A stretch of DNA of 64,000 nucleotides. Source: a virus (lineage: Duplodnaviria; Caudoviricetes). The position numbers and the translations under genes are program-made. The notes under the pieces are model-generated. The model did not search any database. It worked only from the letters and a program-made list of their open reading frames with translations, and was not told the origin of the DNA. Position 1 is the first letter of the stretch. Every line of letters begins with the position of its first letter. The stretch is from positions 1 through 64,000 of the IMG/VR virus record IMGVR_UViG_2706795985_000001; one strand, written 5' to 3'. Shown here piece after piece: positions 39,015 through 49,166 of this stretch.

Positions 39015-39772
39015 TATTCGAAGATCTCATGGATGTTGTCAGGACACAATTTAAGATTGACATGTCAGAAATTCACACAGCTATACCTTGTAAAGTTGTG
39101 AATGTATACCAAGATAACCAGTCTCAGAAAGTGGATGTATTGCCTTCTGTTAACAACCTTTTAAAGGATGGCAGTGGTGAGCCCGGTATGGAAATACTAG
39201 GTGTCCCTGTAATCTTTCCGGGCAGCCAATCTACTCTGATAAGCTTCCCAATTAATGTTGGTGATACAGTGTTTTGTATCTTTTCTCAGAGATCCATGGA
39301 TAACTTCAAAATAGGAAGTGGTGAGCCTACGACAGCTAATGATTACAGAAAGTTCTCTGACCAAGATGCTGTCGCCATTCCCGGACTTTTCCCTTTTGGA
39401 AAGAGTTTGAATAGACCGCAGATTCGTAAATACCCACATGACAGTAACAGAGACTTATGCATAGCACATAATATTGCTTCAGGCACTGAGGTGAATATCA
39501 TACTAAAACAAAATGGTGGCTTGATCATAAATACTGAGCAAGATGTCACTGTCAACTGTAAAACAGGTGTAATGAATGCGACTGAGTCCTACTCAATAAA
39601 AACACCGATACTTAACATTAACGCACAAACAACCAACTGGATTGGTAATATCACTCATATGGGTAACTACACTATGACTGGTCAAGCTCGATTCAACGGC
39701 AGACTATTTGACACTCACATCCACTCAGGCGTTACAGCTGGCAATGGTACTTCTGGTCCTGTGGCTGGTTAA
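39011..39772 (+). CDS. Baseplate central spike
   Basis: IHTAIP.KVV OB domain; C-terminal HIH metal-binding tip. Confidence 0.8.
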   Translation: MIFEDLMDVVRTQFKIDMSEIHTAIPCKVVNVYQDNQSQKVDVLPSVNNLLKDGSGEPGMEILGVPVIFPGSQSTLISFPINVGDTVFCIFSQRSMDNFKIGSGEPTTANDYRKFSDQDAVAIPGLFPFGKSLNRPQIRKYPHDSNRDLCIAHNIASGTEVNIILKQNGGLIINTEQDVTVNCKTGVMNATESYSIKTPILNINAQTTNWIGNITHMGNYTMTGQARFNGRLFDTHIHSGVTAGNGTSGPVAG

Positions 39773-39780
39773 GGAGATTT

Positions 39781-40146
39781 ATGGACTTACTTTTAGATGA
39801 TAAAACTGGAGATTTGATTTTCAAAAATGGGACTTGTCCTGTTACTCAACTGCAAGCTGATGTAGTGGCCCAGCGTCTGCGTATTACACTTTACACCTTC
39901 TATGGTGAGTGGTTCTTGAATACTGATGTTGGTGTACCCTACATTCAACAAGTGTTTGCTAAGGTAACTAAAAAGAGTACCGTAGATTTGATATTTCAGG
40001 GTTTGATTTCTGCAGATCCGGGCGTCATAGAAATCCTCAAATTCAGCTCCACAGTAAGTGCCAGTCGTGGTTACTCAATGACATTCACTGTGAGAGTTTC
40101 TGATAACACATCTTCATTACCTATAACTCTAACCATAGGAGGTTAA
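39781..40146 (+). CDS. Baseplate wedge (gp25-like)
   Basis: QRLRITL..FYGEWFLNTDVGVPY. Confidence 0.75.
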   Translation: MDLLLDDKTGDLIFKNGTCPVTQLQADVVAQRLRITLYTFYGEWFLNTDVGVPYIQQVFAKVTKKSTVDLIFQGLISADPGVIEILKFSSTVSASRGYSMTFTVRVSDNTSSLPITLTIGG

Positions 40147-40148
40147 CC

Positions 40149-41606
40149 ATGGCTGGATTATCCCGTCAAGGTCTAGAAATTAAAACGTTGGATGACGTTT
40201 TAACAGACTACAAAACAAATGCTGCATCCATCTTTTCTGATCTAGTACCTGCTGGTGATAAGGTTGATGTGACAGACAACTCTGCGCTAGGGAGGATGAT
40301 CGGAGTGATAGCTCCAGCTGAAGCTGACCTCTGGGAAGCCATACAGCAGGTGTTTGATAGCTTTAATCCAACAACCGCCATAGGCATAGCCCTAGACAAC
40401 GTAATAGCCTTGAGCGGCATCACAAGGCTCCCTGCTCAGTCTACAAGGGCTCAGGTCATCTTGGAGGGAGATCTTAACACTATTGTCAGCTCACCTCAAG
40501 GTAAAGCATACAGCTCCACCACTCAACGTGTCTTTAGTATTCTCAACCCAGTTACACTGAATCTGATGAAAGCCTCTGGCATTGGTGTCTACCCTTCTAC
40601 AGTAGCAGCTAACACTGACTATAAGTTTAGCTACAGCACAGACAGTGTGAATTTCATCACAGTGACTTATACTACGCCAGCTTCAGGTGTAACCGCAAAT
40701 ACCATAATGAATGGTCTTCAACAAAAAGTTCAAGATTCGCTCTCAAGCACCTTTACAACTTACCAGTCTAATGGTAGACTGTATATTAAGAGAACCGATC
40801 CTTTCCAGATAGCTGACTATTCTGTCAGTCTGAATCTTCAAGTTCAAAAAGTCCAAAAGCTGGGGATTGCTGTAGACGATGTCGCTGGTGTCTTTCCTCA
40901 AAAGGCTTTGGCCATCGACACGATATCCGTGCCCATCTCTGGCTGGGATTCTATCTCAAACCCAGTCTCCGCCACCACAGGAAGGCTGACTGAAAAGGAT
41001 GAAGAGTTGAGGGAGAGATTCAGAAATAGCAAGTTTGTGCAGTCTCAGAATATCTTAGAAGGTATATTGGATGCCATACTAAACGTAGATGGAGTGACTG
41101 ATGCAGTTGTGTATGAAAATGACACTGCTGTTGTTGATATAAACGGTCTGCCCGGACACAGCTTTTTACCTATTGTGCTTGGCGGGTTGCCTTCAGATGT
41201 TGCAGATGCCATTTGGCAGAATAAGCCTACTGGCATACCATCGATAGGAAATACAACAGTTCAGGTTGCTGACAGTCAGGGTATATTGCACAATATCTCC
41301 TATCAACAACCAGCAAAAATTCCTGTCTACATAAACATGTCTATTAGTGACCTTGGCTCTATGCCGGGAGATGCAGCTGCCCAGATTAAACAAAATCTAG
41401 CAAACTACTCCACCTCTAATCTCTTTATTAGTGATGATGTGATTTACTCTCGTCTATACACGCCAATCAACAGTGTGGGGGGTTTTGCTGTAAACTCTCT
41501 TACAATAGGCACCGCGCCTAATCCAACTGGGATGTCAAATATACCTATTGCTTTTAATCAGTATGCTTCCATCTCTCCAGAAAATGTCACAGTGACCTTA
41601 GTTTAA
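40149..41606 (+). CDS. Baseplate J-like protein
   Basis: A.GIALD..IAL.GITR...EKDEELRER. Confidence 0.8.
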   Translation: MAGLSRQGLEIKTLDDVLTDYKTNAASIFSDLVPAGDKVDVTDNSALGRMIGVIAPAEADLWEAIQQVFDSFNPTTAIGIALDNVIALSGITRLPAQSTRAQVILEGDLNTIVSSPQGKAYSSTTQRVFSILNPVTLNLMKASGIGVYPSTVAANTDYKFSYSTDSVNFITVTYTTPASGVTANTIMNGLQQKVQDSLSSTFTTYQSNGRLYIKRTDPFQIADYSVSLNLQVQKVQKLGIAVDDVAGVFPQKALAIDTISVPISGWDSISNPVSATTGRLTEKDEELRERFRNSKFVQSQNILEGILDAILNVDGVTDAVVYENDTAVVDINGLPGHSFLPIVLGGLPSDVADAIWQNKPTGIPSIGNTTVQVADSQGILHNISYQQPAKIPVYINMSISDLGSMPGDAAAQIKQNLANYSTSNLFISDDVIYSRLYTPINSVGGFAVNSLTIGTAPNPTGMSNIPIAFNQYASISPENVTVTLV

Positions 41607-41618
41607 CAGGAGACCTAA

Positions 41619-42353
41619 ATGTCTGAACTGAACCCTTTTGTAGAGAATGAGTTTCTGAATGTAGCACGTTCCCGTGTCACAGAGCAGTTTAAGAACAAAC
41701 GTAATTACGATAAGTATCTTCAGTTGCTGCTATCCGGTAAGATAGACTTGCAGAAAGTGGTTAAAGACACTATGCAGCTAAGATCTCTGGATACAGCTAC
41801 AGGTGCTCAGCTGGATACAATTGGGGAGATTGTTGGACGTCCCAGGGGTACGGTAACTTCTGATATATTCTATTACTTCGGTTTTGAGGGTAGTAAGAAC
41901 GGTCTGCCATTCTCCTCTACTACGGACGCCACAGTAGGCGGACAATGGTATTCTATTGATGCACCTTTAGGAGTAAGCCGACCACCATCTGACGATGAAT
42001 ACAGAATCATCCTAAAATCCAAAATCATAAAAAACAGGACTCTGGCAACACCTGAGGATGTAATTACAGCTTACAAGTTTTTATTTGGTGCATCAAAAGT
42101 TACCATTGAAGAGCGTTCTCCAGCTGAAGTTCGAATAGGCATAGGAAAAATTCTAAACAACGTAGAACGTGGTTTGTTATTCGACTTAGGCGGTGCTGGC
42201 CAACTGCTCCCAAAACCAGCAGGCGTGCATTACACATACACGGAATTCCAAGCAGACAGAGTTTTTGCTACAGAGGGATTCCCCGGTGCAATGGGTACAG
42301 GTGATCTTAATGACACCTCCGTTGGCGGATTCCTCTCAAACCTAATAACATAA
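41619..42353 (+). CDS. Baseplate wedge protein
   Basis: TATGAQLDTIGEIVGRPR...SDDEYR..LKSKI. Confidence 0.75.
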   Translation: MSELNPFVENEFLNVARSRVTEQFKNKRNYDKYLQLLLSGKIDLQKVVKDTMQLRSLDTATGAQLDTIGEIVGRPRGTVTSDIFYYFGFEGSKNGLPFSSTTDATVGGQWYSIDAPLGVSRPPSDDEYRIILKSKIIKNRTLATPEDVITAYKFLFGASKVTIEERSPAEVRIGIGKILNNVERGLLFDLGGAGQLLPKPAGVHYTYTEFQADRVFATEGFPGAMGTGDLNDTSVGGFLSNLIT

Positions 42354-42362
42354 GGAACAAAC

Positions 42363-44447
42363 ATGGACTTGATTAAATACGATATGACGAATATCTGGGC
42401 AGTGGCCGGGGACGTTGTTGCCCCTGAAGTCGCCAAAATTCGTCAAGGTTGGGGTGTAGAGGTTGTTCCTCGTCAATGGTGGAACTGGTTCGAAAATCGC
42501 CAAGACAACAACATTGCCTACATACTACAAAAAGGTATCCCTGAGTGGGATTCCACAACTGAGTACATCATTAATAAGAGCTATGTGCAGAGGAACGGTA
42601 TCACTTACAAATGTACCCAAACTGGCACAAACTCTGACCCAGTTAGCTTGGTGGGTTGGGTTAAAGCTTTTGTGGAATCTACGCCTTACCTGGAAAAGGT
42701 TAAGAACACTCAGCTAGTAAATTCCAGCATTCCAGCGATTAACTCGTCTGGTGACGCATCTTACGCACTGTATGGAGAAGTGGGCCTACAATCTCTGGTT
42801 GCAAGTACACAGCTTCAGGGTAGAAATGCAATTCAAGCACAACAAGCCAGCTCTAATTTATCCGCCTTGTCTGGTGTAACTGCCTCTACAAACGGTCTGC
42901 CATACTTTACCAGCACTACTGCCATGGGGATTGCGACTCTTACATCGTTTGGTAGAAGTTTTATTTCTGCAAACGATAGTGCAAGTGCTAGGTCACTATT
43001 AGGTCTGGGCTCTTCTGCCACTTTGAATGTTGGGACTACAGCCAACACTGTTGTAGCGGGAGACGACCCTAGGATTACAGGTGCTATGCAGAGGGGCAAC
43101 AACCTTGCAGATCTGCTCAACATAGGGTCAGCACGTGCTAATCTGGGCCTTGGTACTGCTGCAGTGCAGAATATAACAACAACGCCAACTGACACAACTG
43201 GCGGAAGACTACTAAAGGTTGGTGACTTTGGCATTGGTGCTATCTCTGGTATCAGTGTTCCTGATGCTAACGCTATTTCTGCCACTGGTGTCTATGCTAT
43301 ACAAAACAACACAACCAACTTACCTTCAGGTGTTGGCGCTGGTGGCACAATTTTCAATCAAATCTGGGACTCCAACTCTTCTCAACAAATACTGGTGTTC
43401 GGTAGCAAGCTTTGGATTAGAACTAAAGCAACCTCTTGGGGGAATTGGCAAGAAGTTTATACAACTAGCAACAGCAACGCCCTAGCAAGTCAGGTTCAAG
43501 CTAGCCTGCAGCCAGCACTAGATCTAAAGGTTAACAGATCTGGAGATGCAATGACTGGATCTTTGACATTGCCTAGCATGGAAATTGGTTCTGGCAGCCA
43601 ACAAGGCTATATAGACTTCCACTCTTCCAACACCAATAATGATTACGATTCTAGAATTGTCTCTAGTCTTGGTAACTCTACCACTGGTCAGGGTGCCCTT
43701 AACTACATTGCAGCCGGGGGTCACTATTTTACGGGCTTGATTAACGGGACAGCAACTGTTGCACAAAGCCTGACAGGTAATATTGGTATAGGTCAGGTCA
43801 ACTCACTGCAGGCTCAGCTGGACGGTAAGATGTCTGTCTCTGGTGGTGGGAACCCAGCGTTTAGTTCTAGCAAATTTTCTGGTCCATGGTCTGGTACGGG
43901 CGGTGCTGCGGGAATACAAGGTCTTAACGTTGGTTGGAACTCAGGCGAAGCTAGTGGTTTCTCTGGAGAAGCTAACTTCGTGTGTAACCGTGGTAGCGGT
44001 ACTGGTGGCTTTACTTTTAGATGTATTAATGCTAATAACACCTCCGGCGGCCCAGTAACAACCATTAGCTACGATGGCTCCATGTACGTACCGGGTAGGC
44101 TCACATCGGCAGGTGATGTTCACGTGGGCGGGAGTTTTATAGACACCAGTGGTGATATAAATGGATCAAGGTGGGGAGGTTATCTAAGTAACTACCTGTC
44201 CTCATTTTACTTGACCATTGGAAACTTAGCAAACAATATAGCTCAAATGGGCACTGGTGGTATAGGAACTTACGCATTTTTGGTTAACACGTCAGGCTCC
44301 ACTGTTGCAGCAGGTCAAAATCTATCTTCAGGCTTAAGCTATGCCTCTACCACTAGTAATGGTGGCGCGTCTACCAATGGTGGTACTTGGAGAGCCATGG
44401 GCTTTGGTGTAAATAATGGTGCAACCCTCTGGCTTCGTGTAGCTTGA
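42363..44447 (+). CDS. Tail fibre 1
   Basis: P.RQWWNW...QKGIPEWD N-terminus; GYIDFH; Gly/Ser-rich C-terminus. Confidence 0.85.
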   Translation: MDLIKYDMTNIWAVAGDVVAPEVAKIRQGWGVEVVPRQWWNWFENRQDNNIAYILQKGIPEWDSTTEYIINKSYVQRNGITYKCTQTGTNSDPVSLVGWVKAFVESTPYLEKVKNTQLVNSSIPAINSSGDASYALYGEVGLQSLVASTQLQGRNAIQAQQASSNLSALSGVTASTNGLPYFTSTTAMGIATLTSFGRSFISANDSASARSLLGLGSSATLNVGTTANTVVAGDDPRITGAMQRGNNLADLLNIGSARANLGLGTAAVQNITTTPTDTTGGRLLKVGDFGIGAISGISVPDANAISATGVYAIQNNTTNLPSGVGAGGTIFNQIWDSNSSQQILVFGSKLWIRTKATSWGNWQEVYTTSNSNALASQVQASLQPALDLKVNRSGDAMTGSLTLPSMEIGSGSQQGYIDFHSSNTNNDYDSRIVSSLGNSTTGQGALNYIAAGGHYFTGLINGTATVAQSLTGNIGIGQVNSLQAQLDGKMSVSGGGNPAFSSSKFSGPWSGTGGAAGIQGLNVGWNSGEASGFSGEANFVCNRGSGTGGFTFRCINANNTSGGPVTTISYDGSMYVPGRLTSAGDVHVGGSFIDTSGDINGSRWGGYLSNYLSSFYLTIGNLANNIAQMGTGGIGTYAFLVNTSGSTVAAGQNLSSGLSYASTTSNGGASTNGGTWRAMGFGVNNGATLWLRVA

Positions 44448-44450
44448 TAA

Positions 44451-44882
44451 TTGGAGAACATAATGGCAAGAGCAAAGAAAACTATGGAAGCTGCTACTTC
44501 AGCTTCCAGTGAGGTTAAAAAATCGCAACCCTACCTTAAAACTTTTGACAAAGGTTTGACTGTAGTTTCAGTTGTTGAAGGCAGCTGTAAGTTTCTAAAA
44601 GATGGTAGCATCGATATGAGAATTAAAATGTCTCATATAGAAGAAGAGATACCTTTCTGTGCACAGCCTACAGATGTACATGAACATGGGCGATGGCTAT
44701 TTGAACAAGCATCAAGTGGAGCTTTTGGTAAAGTTCTGCCATATGAAAGAAGTTTGCCTACGGTTGTAGATCTTCAGGAAGAGCTTGATAAGATATGGCC
44801 AGATATAGTTCTGGGTCTCGCAACAGAGGAAGAACTGTCTTTAGCTAGATCCTTGAGAATTCAAATTAAGGCTATGTCCTAA
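44451..44882 (+). CDS. Tail fibre assembly chaperone
   Basis: IPFCAQPTDVHEHGRWLF....GAFG; follows fibre. Confidence 0.65.
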   Translation: MENIMARAKKTMEAATSASSEVKKSQPYLKTFDKGLTVVSVVEGSCKFLKDGSIDMRIKMSHIEEEIPFCAQPTDVHEHGRWLFEQASSGAFGKVLPYERSLPTVVDLQEELDKIWPDIVLGLATEEELSLARSLRIQIKAMS

Positions 44883-44906
44883 TGACTAGAACAGAGGAAA
44901 CAATAA

Positions 44907-46379
44907 ATGCCTAATATAACAAAACCTGCTGGCCTCAGCAATATATGGGCTAATGGTGGGACAAAGATAGACCCCGGTGCTTCTAAAGTCAATATAGGTT
45001 GGGTAGTTCAACTTCCACCTTATGAGTACCAGAACTGGGTTGATAACAGACAGGATAGAGCCATTGCACACTTCAGTCAACATGGTATCCCTGAATGGGA
45101 TGACGGGACTGAGTACCAAGGTCTACTAAGCTACACACAAGGTAGTAACGGGATCATCTACAAGTGTATTCAAACCAACACAAACAAAGACCCATCCAAC
45201 ACGTTGAACGGCCAATACTGGGCTGTCGCTTTCGAAACCTACGGAAGTGTTGCTGCTGTTCAAGCACAACTTAACGCACACATCACCAACTACCAAACTC
45301 TGTCTGGAGTTGGAAACCCTGCTGCTGCCCGTGCTAACTTGTCTGTCTACTCCAAGTCAGAGTCTGATGCAAGGTTTGCAAGCCTGAATGGTAACCCTGC
45401 TCAAGTGTTTGCCGTTGGTGTCGCAACTCAACCTGAACATGCTGTACGCCTCGGACAAGTAGCTTCCCTGTTGACACAGGCTACAGAATCTAACTCTGGT
45501 GTTGTTCGTCTCGCTACAATTGGCGTAACTGAGCAGGGTACAGATGATAGCACAGCACTCACCCCGCTGAAAGCTAGTACAGTCTATCTTAAAAAATCTG
45601 GAAACTTGGCAGGTTTACCCAATGTTGCGGCTGCAAGAAGCAACTTAGGACTTGGGTCTATGGCAACACAAAATGTAGGCTCTTTCCTGCAAGCTGGTAA
45701 CAACCTAGCCGAGATTCTTAATGTGGGTGTTGCTAGAAATAACTTAGGTTTAAGTACCACTGCCACTCAGCCGGAGACCTACTTCCTAAGATCAGGTCTA
45801 AATCTAACTGATCTTACTAATGTGGGGCAGGCTAGAAACTCACTGGGTCTCACACAGACAGCCACATGGCCTCTGGGCGACCTCATGCAGAAGGGTGAGA
45901 ACCTTGCTGGTCTGACAAGCTTACCAACAGCTAGAGCTAATCTTGGTCTTGGATCAGCTGCACTATCCAATTCGGGCGATTTTTTGCTAAAAGGTAATAA
46001 CCTTGCTGATCTTACTAACAGCCAAGATGCGAGGAACAACCTAGGCTTAGGCAACCTGTCAGTTCTCAATGTATTTGGATTGGGCGGTGCAAACCTAGAC
46101 TTTACCAAATCCCTTGGTGGCTCAGGTGATGGTTACTTTAGGATCAATGACATAGTTGTGAACTACGGAAGATTCTCTGTAGGTGCACGTGGGGCTAGAG
46201 TTAATGTAACTTTCAGTCTAAGAACCTCTAGCACTCTTTTCGCAGGAGTTCTTCCTGATAATGCTGCAACTGATCAAATGGGCACATCCGCTGTAACAAA
46301 TGTTGGTATGTCAATTGGCACCGGTGCAAGCGATGGTTTCAACAGAACTGGTTACTGGTTTCAAGTAGGCACTGCTTAA
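44907..46379 (+). CDS. Tail fibre 2 with about five GxNLA.L.N...AR.NLGL repeats
   Basis: N-terminus paralogous to fibre 1; ATESNSGVVRLAT; repeats visible in translation. Confidence 0.85.
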   Translation: MPNITKPAGLSNIWANGGTKIDPGASKVNIGWVVQLPPYEYQNWVDNRQDRAIAHFSQHGIPEWDDGTEYQGLLSYTQGSNGIIYKCIQTNTNKDPSNTLNGQYWAVAFETYGSVAAVQAQLNAHITNYQTLSGVGNPAAARANLSVYSKSESDARFASLNGNPAQVFAVGVATQPEHAVRLGQVASLLTQATESNSGVVRLATIGVTEQGTDDSTALTPLKASTVYLKKSGNLAGLPNVAAARSNLGLGSMATQNVGSFLQAGNNLAEILNVGVARNNLGLSTTATQPETYFLRSGLNLTDLTNVGQARNSLGLTQTATWPLGDLMQKGENLAGLTSLPTARANLGLGSAALSNSGDFLLKGNNLADLTNSQDARNNLGLGNLSVLNVFGLGGANLDFTKSLGGSGDGYFRINDIVVNYGRFSVGARGARVNVTFSLRTSSTLFAGVLPDNAATDQMGTSAVTNVGMSIGTGASDGFNRTGYWFQVGTA

Positions 46380-46388
46380 GGAGCTTAT

Positions 46389-46952
46389 ATGTTAAGTGAA
46401 AAATCTTTTGTGGAGGCAGCTGCTAGTCTTGGCTGCGAAGTGGCAGCTATCAAGGCAATTGCCTCTGTCGAGACTAAGGGCAGTGCATGGATCACCCCCG
46501 GAGTCCCCCAGATCCTCTATGAACGTCACATCATGGCTAGGCTACTCAAGGCTAAGGGTGTGCCCATTGCGGGCCTCCCAAGCGATCTGGTGAACACCAC
46601 GCCGGGGGGTTATGGTAAATTCTCGGAGCAACATGGAAAGCTGGACAGAGCTGTGAAGATTGACAGGGAATGTGCTTTGCAGTCTTGTTCTTGGGGGATG
46701 TTCCAGCTGATGGGATTCAACTATAAGTTGTGTGGGTACGCCACAGTTCAAGCATTTGTAAATGCTATGTACAAAAGTGAAGACGAACAGTTAAATGCTT
46801 TTGTAGGTTTCATTAAGAGTAATCTACAACTTAATGATGCATTGAAATCTAAAGACTGGGCAACTGTTGCCAGACTTTACAATGGTGCTGATTATAAGAT
46901 AAACAGCTACGACCAGAAGCTGGCAGTGGCTTACGAATCCAACAAGCGATAA
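46389..46952 (+). CDS. Endolysin, N-acetylmuramidase (DUF3380-type)
   Basis: AIASVET...ILYERH...SWGMFQLMGFN...YNG. Confidence 0.88.
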   Translation: MLSEKSFVEAAASLGCEVAAIKAIASVETKGSAWITPGVPQILYERHIMARLLKAKGVPIAGLPSDLVNTTPGGYGKFSEQHGKLDRAVKIDRECALQSCSWGMFQLMGFNYKLCGYATVQAFVNAMYKSEDEQLNAFVGFIKSNLQLNDALKSKDWATVARLYNGADYKINSYDQKLAVAYESNKR

Positions 46953-46962
46953 AAGAGGATTT

Positions 46963-47214
46963 ATGAAAAAGAAAACAAAGTCTAGAACTTCAATTATTTT
47001 AGGTTTCTTTGTTGTACTCTTTCTTGCCCTCGACCCTCTTATGATGCTTTGGCAGTCTGTGCTACCAGCCGGTAGTTATGCTGCCATTGCCACATTCCTA
47101 GCCGTTATACGAACTGGCCTAAACTACTACATGACAACAACATCAAGTATTGAGGAAGACCAACAAGAAGCTGAGGAAAAAGGAGAAGAGGTTAAGGAAG
47201 ATACTATAGTCTAA
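46963..47214 (+). CDS. Putative holin
   Basis: Two hydrophobic segments, basic N-terminus, acidic tail; follows endolysin. Confidence 0.6.
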   Translation: MKKKTKSRTSIILGFFVVLFLALDPLMMLWQSVLPAGSYAAIATFLAVIRTGLNYYMTTTSSIEEDQQEAEEKGEEVKEDTIV

Positions 47215-47229
47215 TTACTGGAGTACTAA

Positions 47230-47655
47230 ATGAATTACATTACAGGAATACTGTTGGCCATTGCCATACTTTGTGGGGGCCTTGCCCACTATGAACATAG
47301 GCAAGTAAAAGAGCTTACATTGGAAGTAAGTACTTATAAAAGTGCAGCAGAACTCAACCTTAAGGCTAAAGAAGAAGCTGATGCTTCTTGTATAGTCACA
47401 GTTGACTCTCTAAACCACTACTACAAGGAGCAAGCTAAGATTGATGAGTCCCAGACAACCACTGGTACAGCTGTCAACTCACTACCCACACTGACTATCA
47501 AGGATAAAGCTAATGCAGCTCCTAAGAAGCCTCAGACCCCTTCTGAGACAAATCGCTACAGTGATGATGATCGTCTCAGCCCTGACACTATGCGGTTGCT
47601 CGACGAAGCCTACTGTTACGGTGACAAAGACGGTTGTTCTACAACCACCAAGTGA
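47230..47655 (+). CDS. i-spanin (Rz-like) 1
   Basis: N-terminal TM helix, coiled coil, C-terminal Cys. Confidence 0.7.
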   Translation: MNYITGILLAIAILCGGLAHYEHRQVKELTLEVSTYKSAAELNLKAKEEADASCIVTVDSLNHYYKEQAKIDESQTTTGTAVNSLPTLTIKDKANAAPKKPQTPSETNRYSDDDRLSPDTMRLLDEAYCYGDKDGCSTTTK

Positions 47656-47824
47656 ATACCTAACCCTTTGTAAGCCAGAGAAAGTTAAAGAAGACACTGT
47701 TCGTGCATTAGCACATGGTTATGTGGTCAACACGTACGAAGTGTGGAAGTGCAACTCCCGACTAGAATCTTTAAAACTATGGCTTGAGGAACAGGAGAAG
47801 ATATATGGAGATTCTAAAAAGTAA
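47513..47824 (+). CDS. o-spanin (Rz1-like lipoprotein) 1
   Basis: Overlaps i-spanin 3' end; lipobox LTLCG-C; CNSRLE. Confidence 0.7.
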   Translation: MQLLRSLRPLLRQIATVMMIVSALTLCGCSTKPTVTVTKTVVLQPPSEYLTLCKPEKVKEDTVRALAHGYVVNTYEVWKCNSRLESLKLWLEEQEKIYGDSKK

Positions 47825-48242
47825 GTCCTCTATTCTACTATTTACGATGGCAGTTATATACTTCGTAGCTGTAGGGTACTATGCAATAATGCTTCAATCT
47901 AGAATTAACCAAAGGGATGTGACAATTGCCATGTGGCAAGATAAAGCCCAACACTACGAAGTTGCCTATAATGATAGTGTCAGCTCTTGTGCATTGGCCA
48001 CATCGAAGTTCTTACAGGAAGAGTCCTTGAAAAAGGAACTCAAAGTTAAAAATTCTCAGATAAAAGTACAAGAGAGACTAAAAGATATTGTATACTCTGA
48101 GGTAAAACCAAATGATAAACCGATTAAAGTTGCTACTCCTATCGACACTGTTGATCCTAACATTATACGGATGCTCAACGCACCAGTCTGTGCAGAAGAG
48201 CCCTCCAAGTGTCCGGGTGATTCCAAAGGAACTAGTAAATAA
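47805..48242 (+). CDS. i-spanin (Rz-like) 2
   Basis: AGGAG RBS, TM helix, same SC and RML..C...C layout as copy 1. Confidence 0.6.
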   Translation: MEILKSKSSILLFTMAVIYFVAVGYYAIMLQSRINQRDVTIAMWQDKAQHYEVAYNDSVSSCALATSKFLQEESLKKELKVKNSQIKVQERLKDIVYSEVKPNDKPIKVATPIDTVDPNIIRMLNAPVCAEEPSKCPGDSKGTSK

Positions 48243-48402
48243 AGCCAACCTAACACCAATTCAAAAGAATACTAGTAAGAGTATACAAGACGCCTATAAG
48301 CACAATACTAATGAGGCGTTGAAGTGTAACCAGAGTTTAGAAGATATTCAGAACTGGTATAAAATGCAAGAGGGAGATGTTAAAGATGACCGGAGCAAAT
48401 GA
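48112..48402 (+). CDS. o-spanin (Rz1-like lipoprotein) 2
   Basis: Overlap in another frame; lipobox LTLYG-C; CNQSLE. Confidence 0.6.
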   Translation: MINRLKLLLLSTLLILTLYGCSTHQSVQKSPPSVRVIPKELVNKANLTPIQKNTSKSIQDAYKHNTNEALKCNQSLEDIQNWYKMQEGDVKDDRSK

Positions 48403-49018
48403 CATGATCAAGAGCGTTCTTAGCTATGTAGCAGGTGCTCTGCTAATGATCTGTATGGGCGTGGTAGGATACCAACAATCCCAAATTAGTAAACTAGATG
48501 ATAGACTGTATACACTTCAAGCTACTACTGTCACGGAAGACAAGCTTAATACGGCTGTAAACAGACTTAGTGCTGAAATGGATACAAAGATTATCAGCAT
48601 TCGTAACGAACAGCAAATAACAAACAAATGGCTTGAGCGTGTAATGGACAAGTTGGAAGACAGAAGCAGCCCTACCAAGAGATGAGGTAGTCTTATGACA
48701 AGAAGTACGGAATGGCCTTGGATGGCCGCAGTTGGAAGTCTTCTTGCCGCACTCCTTTTTTGTATATGTCTACTGGCCTTCCCTACCTATAATAACAAAA
48801 CAGGTCAACTTGAACTAGAAGTAGCCAAGCAAGATTATCAAAGACAGTTATCCGCAATTGATAGGAAGTACGAGACAAAGATCAACAATTTGCAAGAGCA
48901 GATCACCAGCCTACAGTTCATCTCTAACAAGAGGTATGACCTGCTGGATGAGGACGTGAAAAGGATTAAACGTGAGATTGATGACCTACAAGAAAGACTG
49001 AAAGCCCGTACTCGTTAG
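48377..49018 (+). CDS. Two TM plus coiled-coil proteins (48377-48685, 48695-49018)
   Basis: Single N-terminal hydrophobic helix followed by heptads. Confidence 0.65.
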
Positions 49019-49032
49019 AGTCGGGCTTTTTT
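49001..49032 (+). terminator. Terminator ending late operon
   Basis: AAAGCCCG...CGGGCTTTTTT. Confidence 0.75.
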
Positions 49033-49166
49033 GTTGTCTACCGTTTAATAGCCCTATTAACTCCACCCAGTGGTGTTGTGGGTCTTTATGTATATACTGA
49101 CCATATTATCTCCGTCATTAAATAGTTAATGCTAATGACCAGTATATATACCTTAAGTATAGAAAG

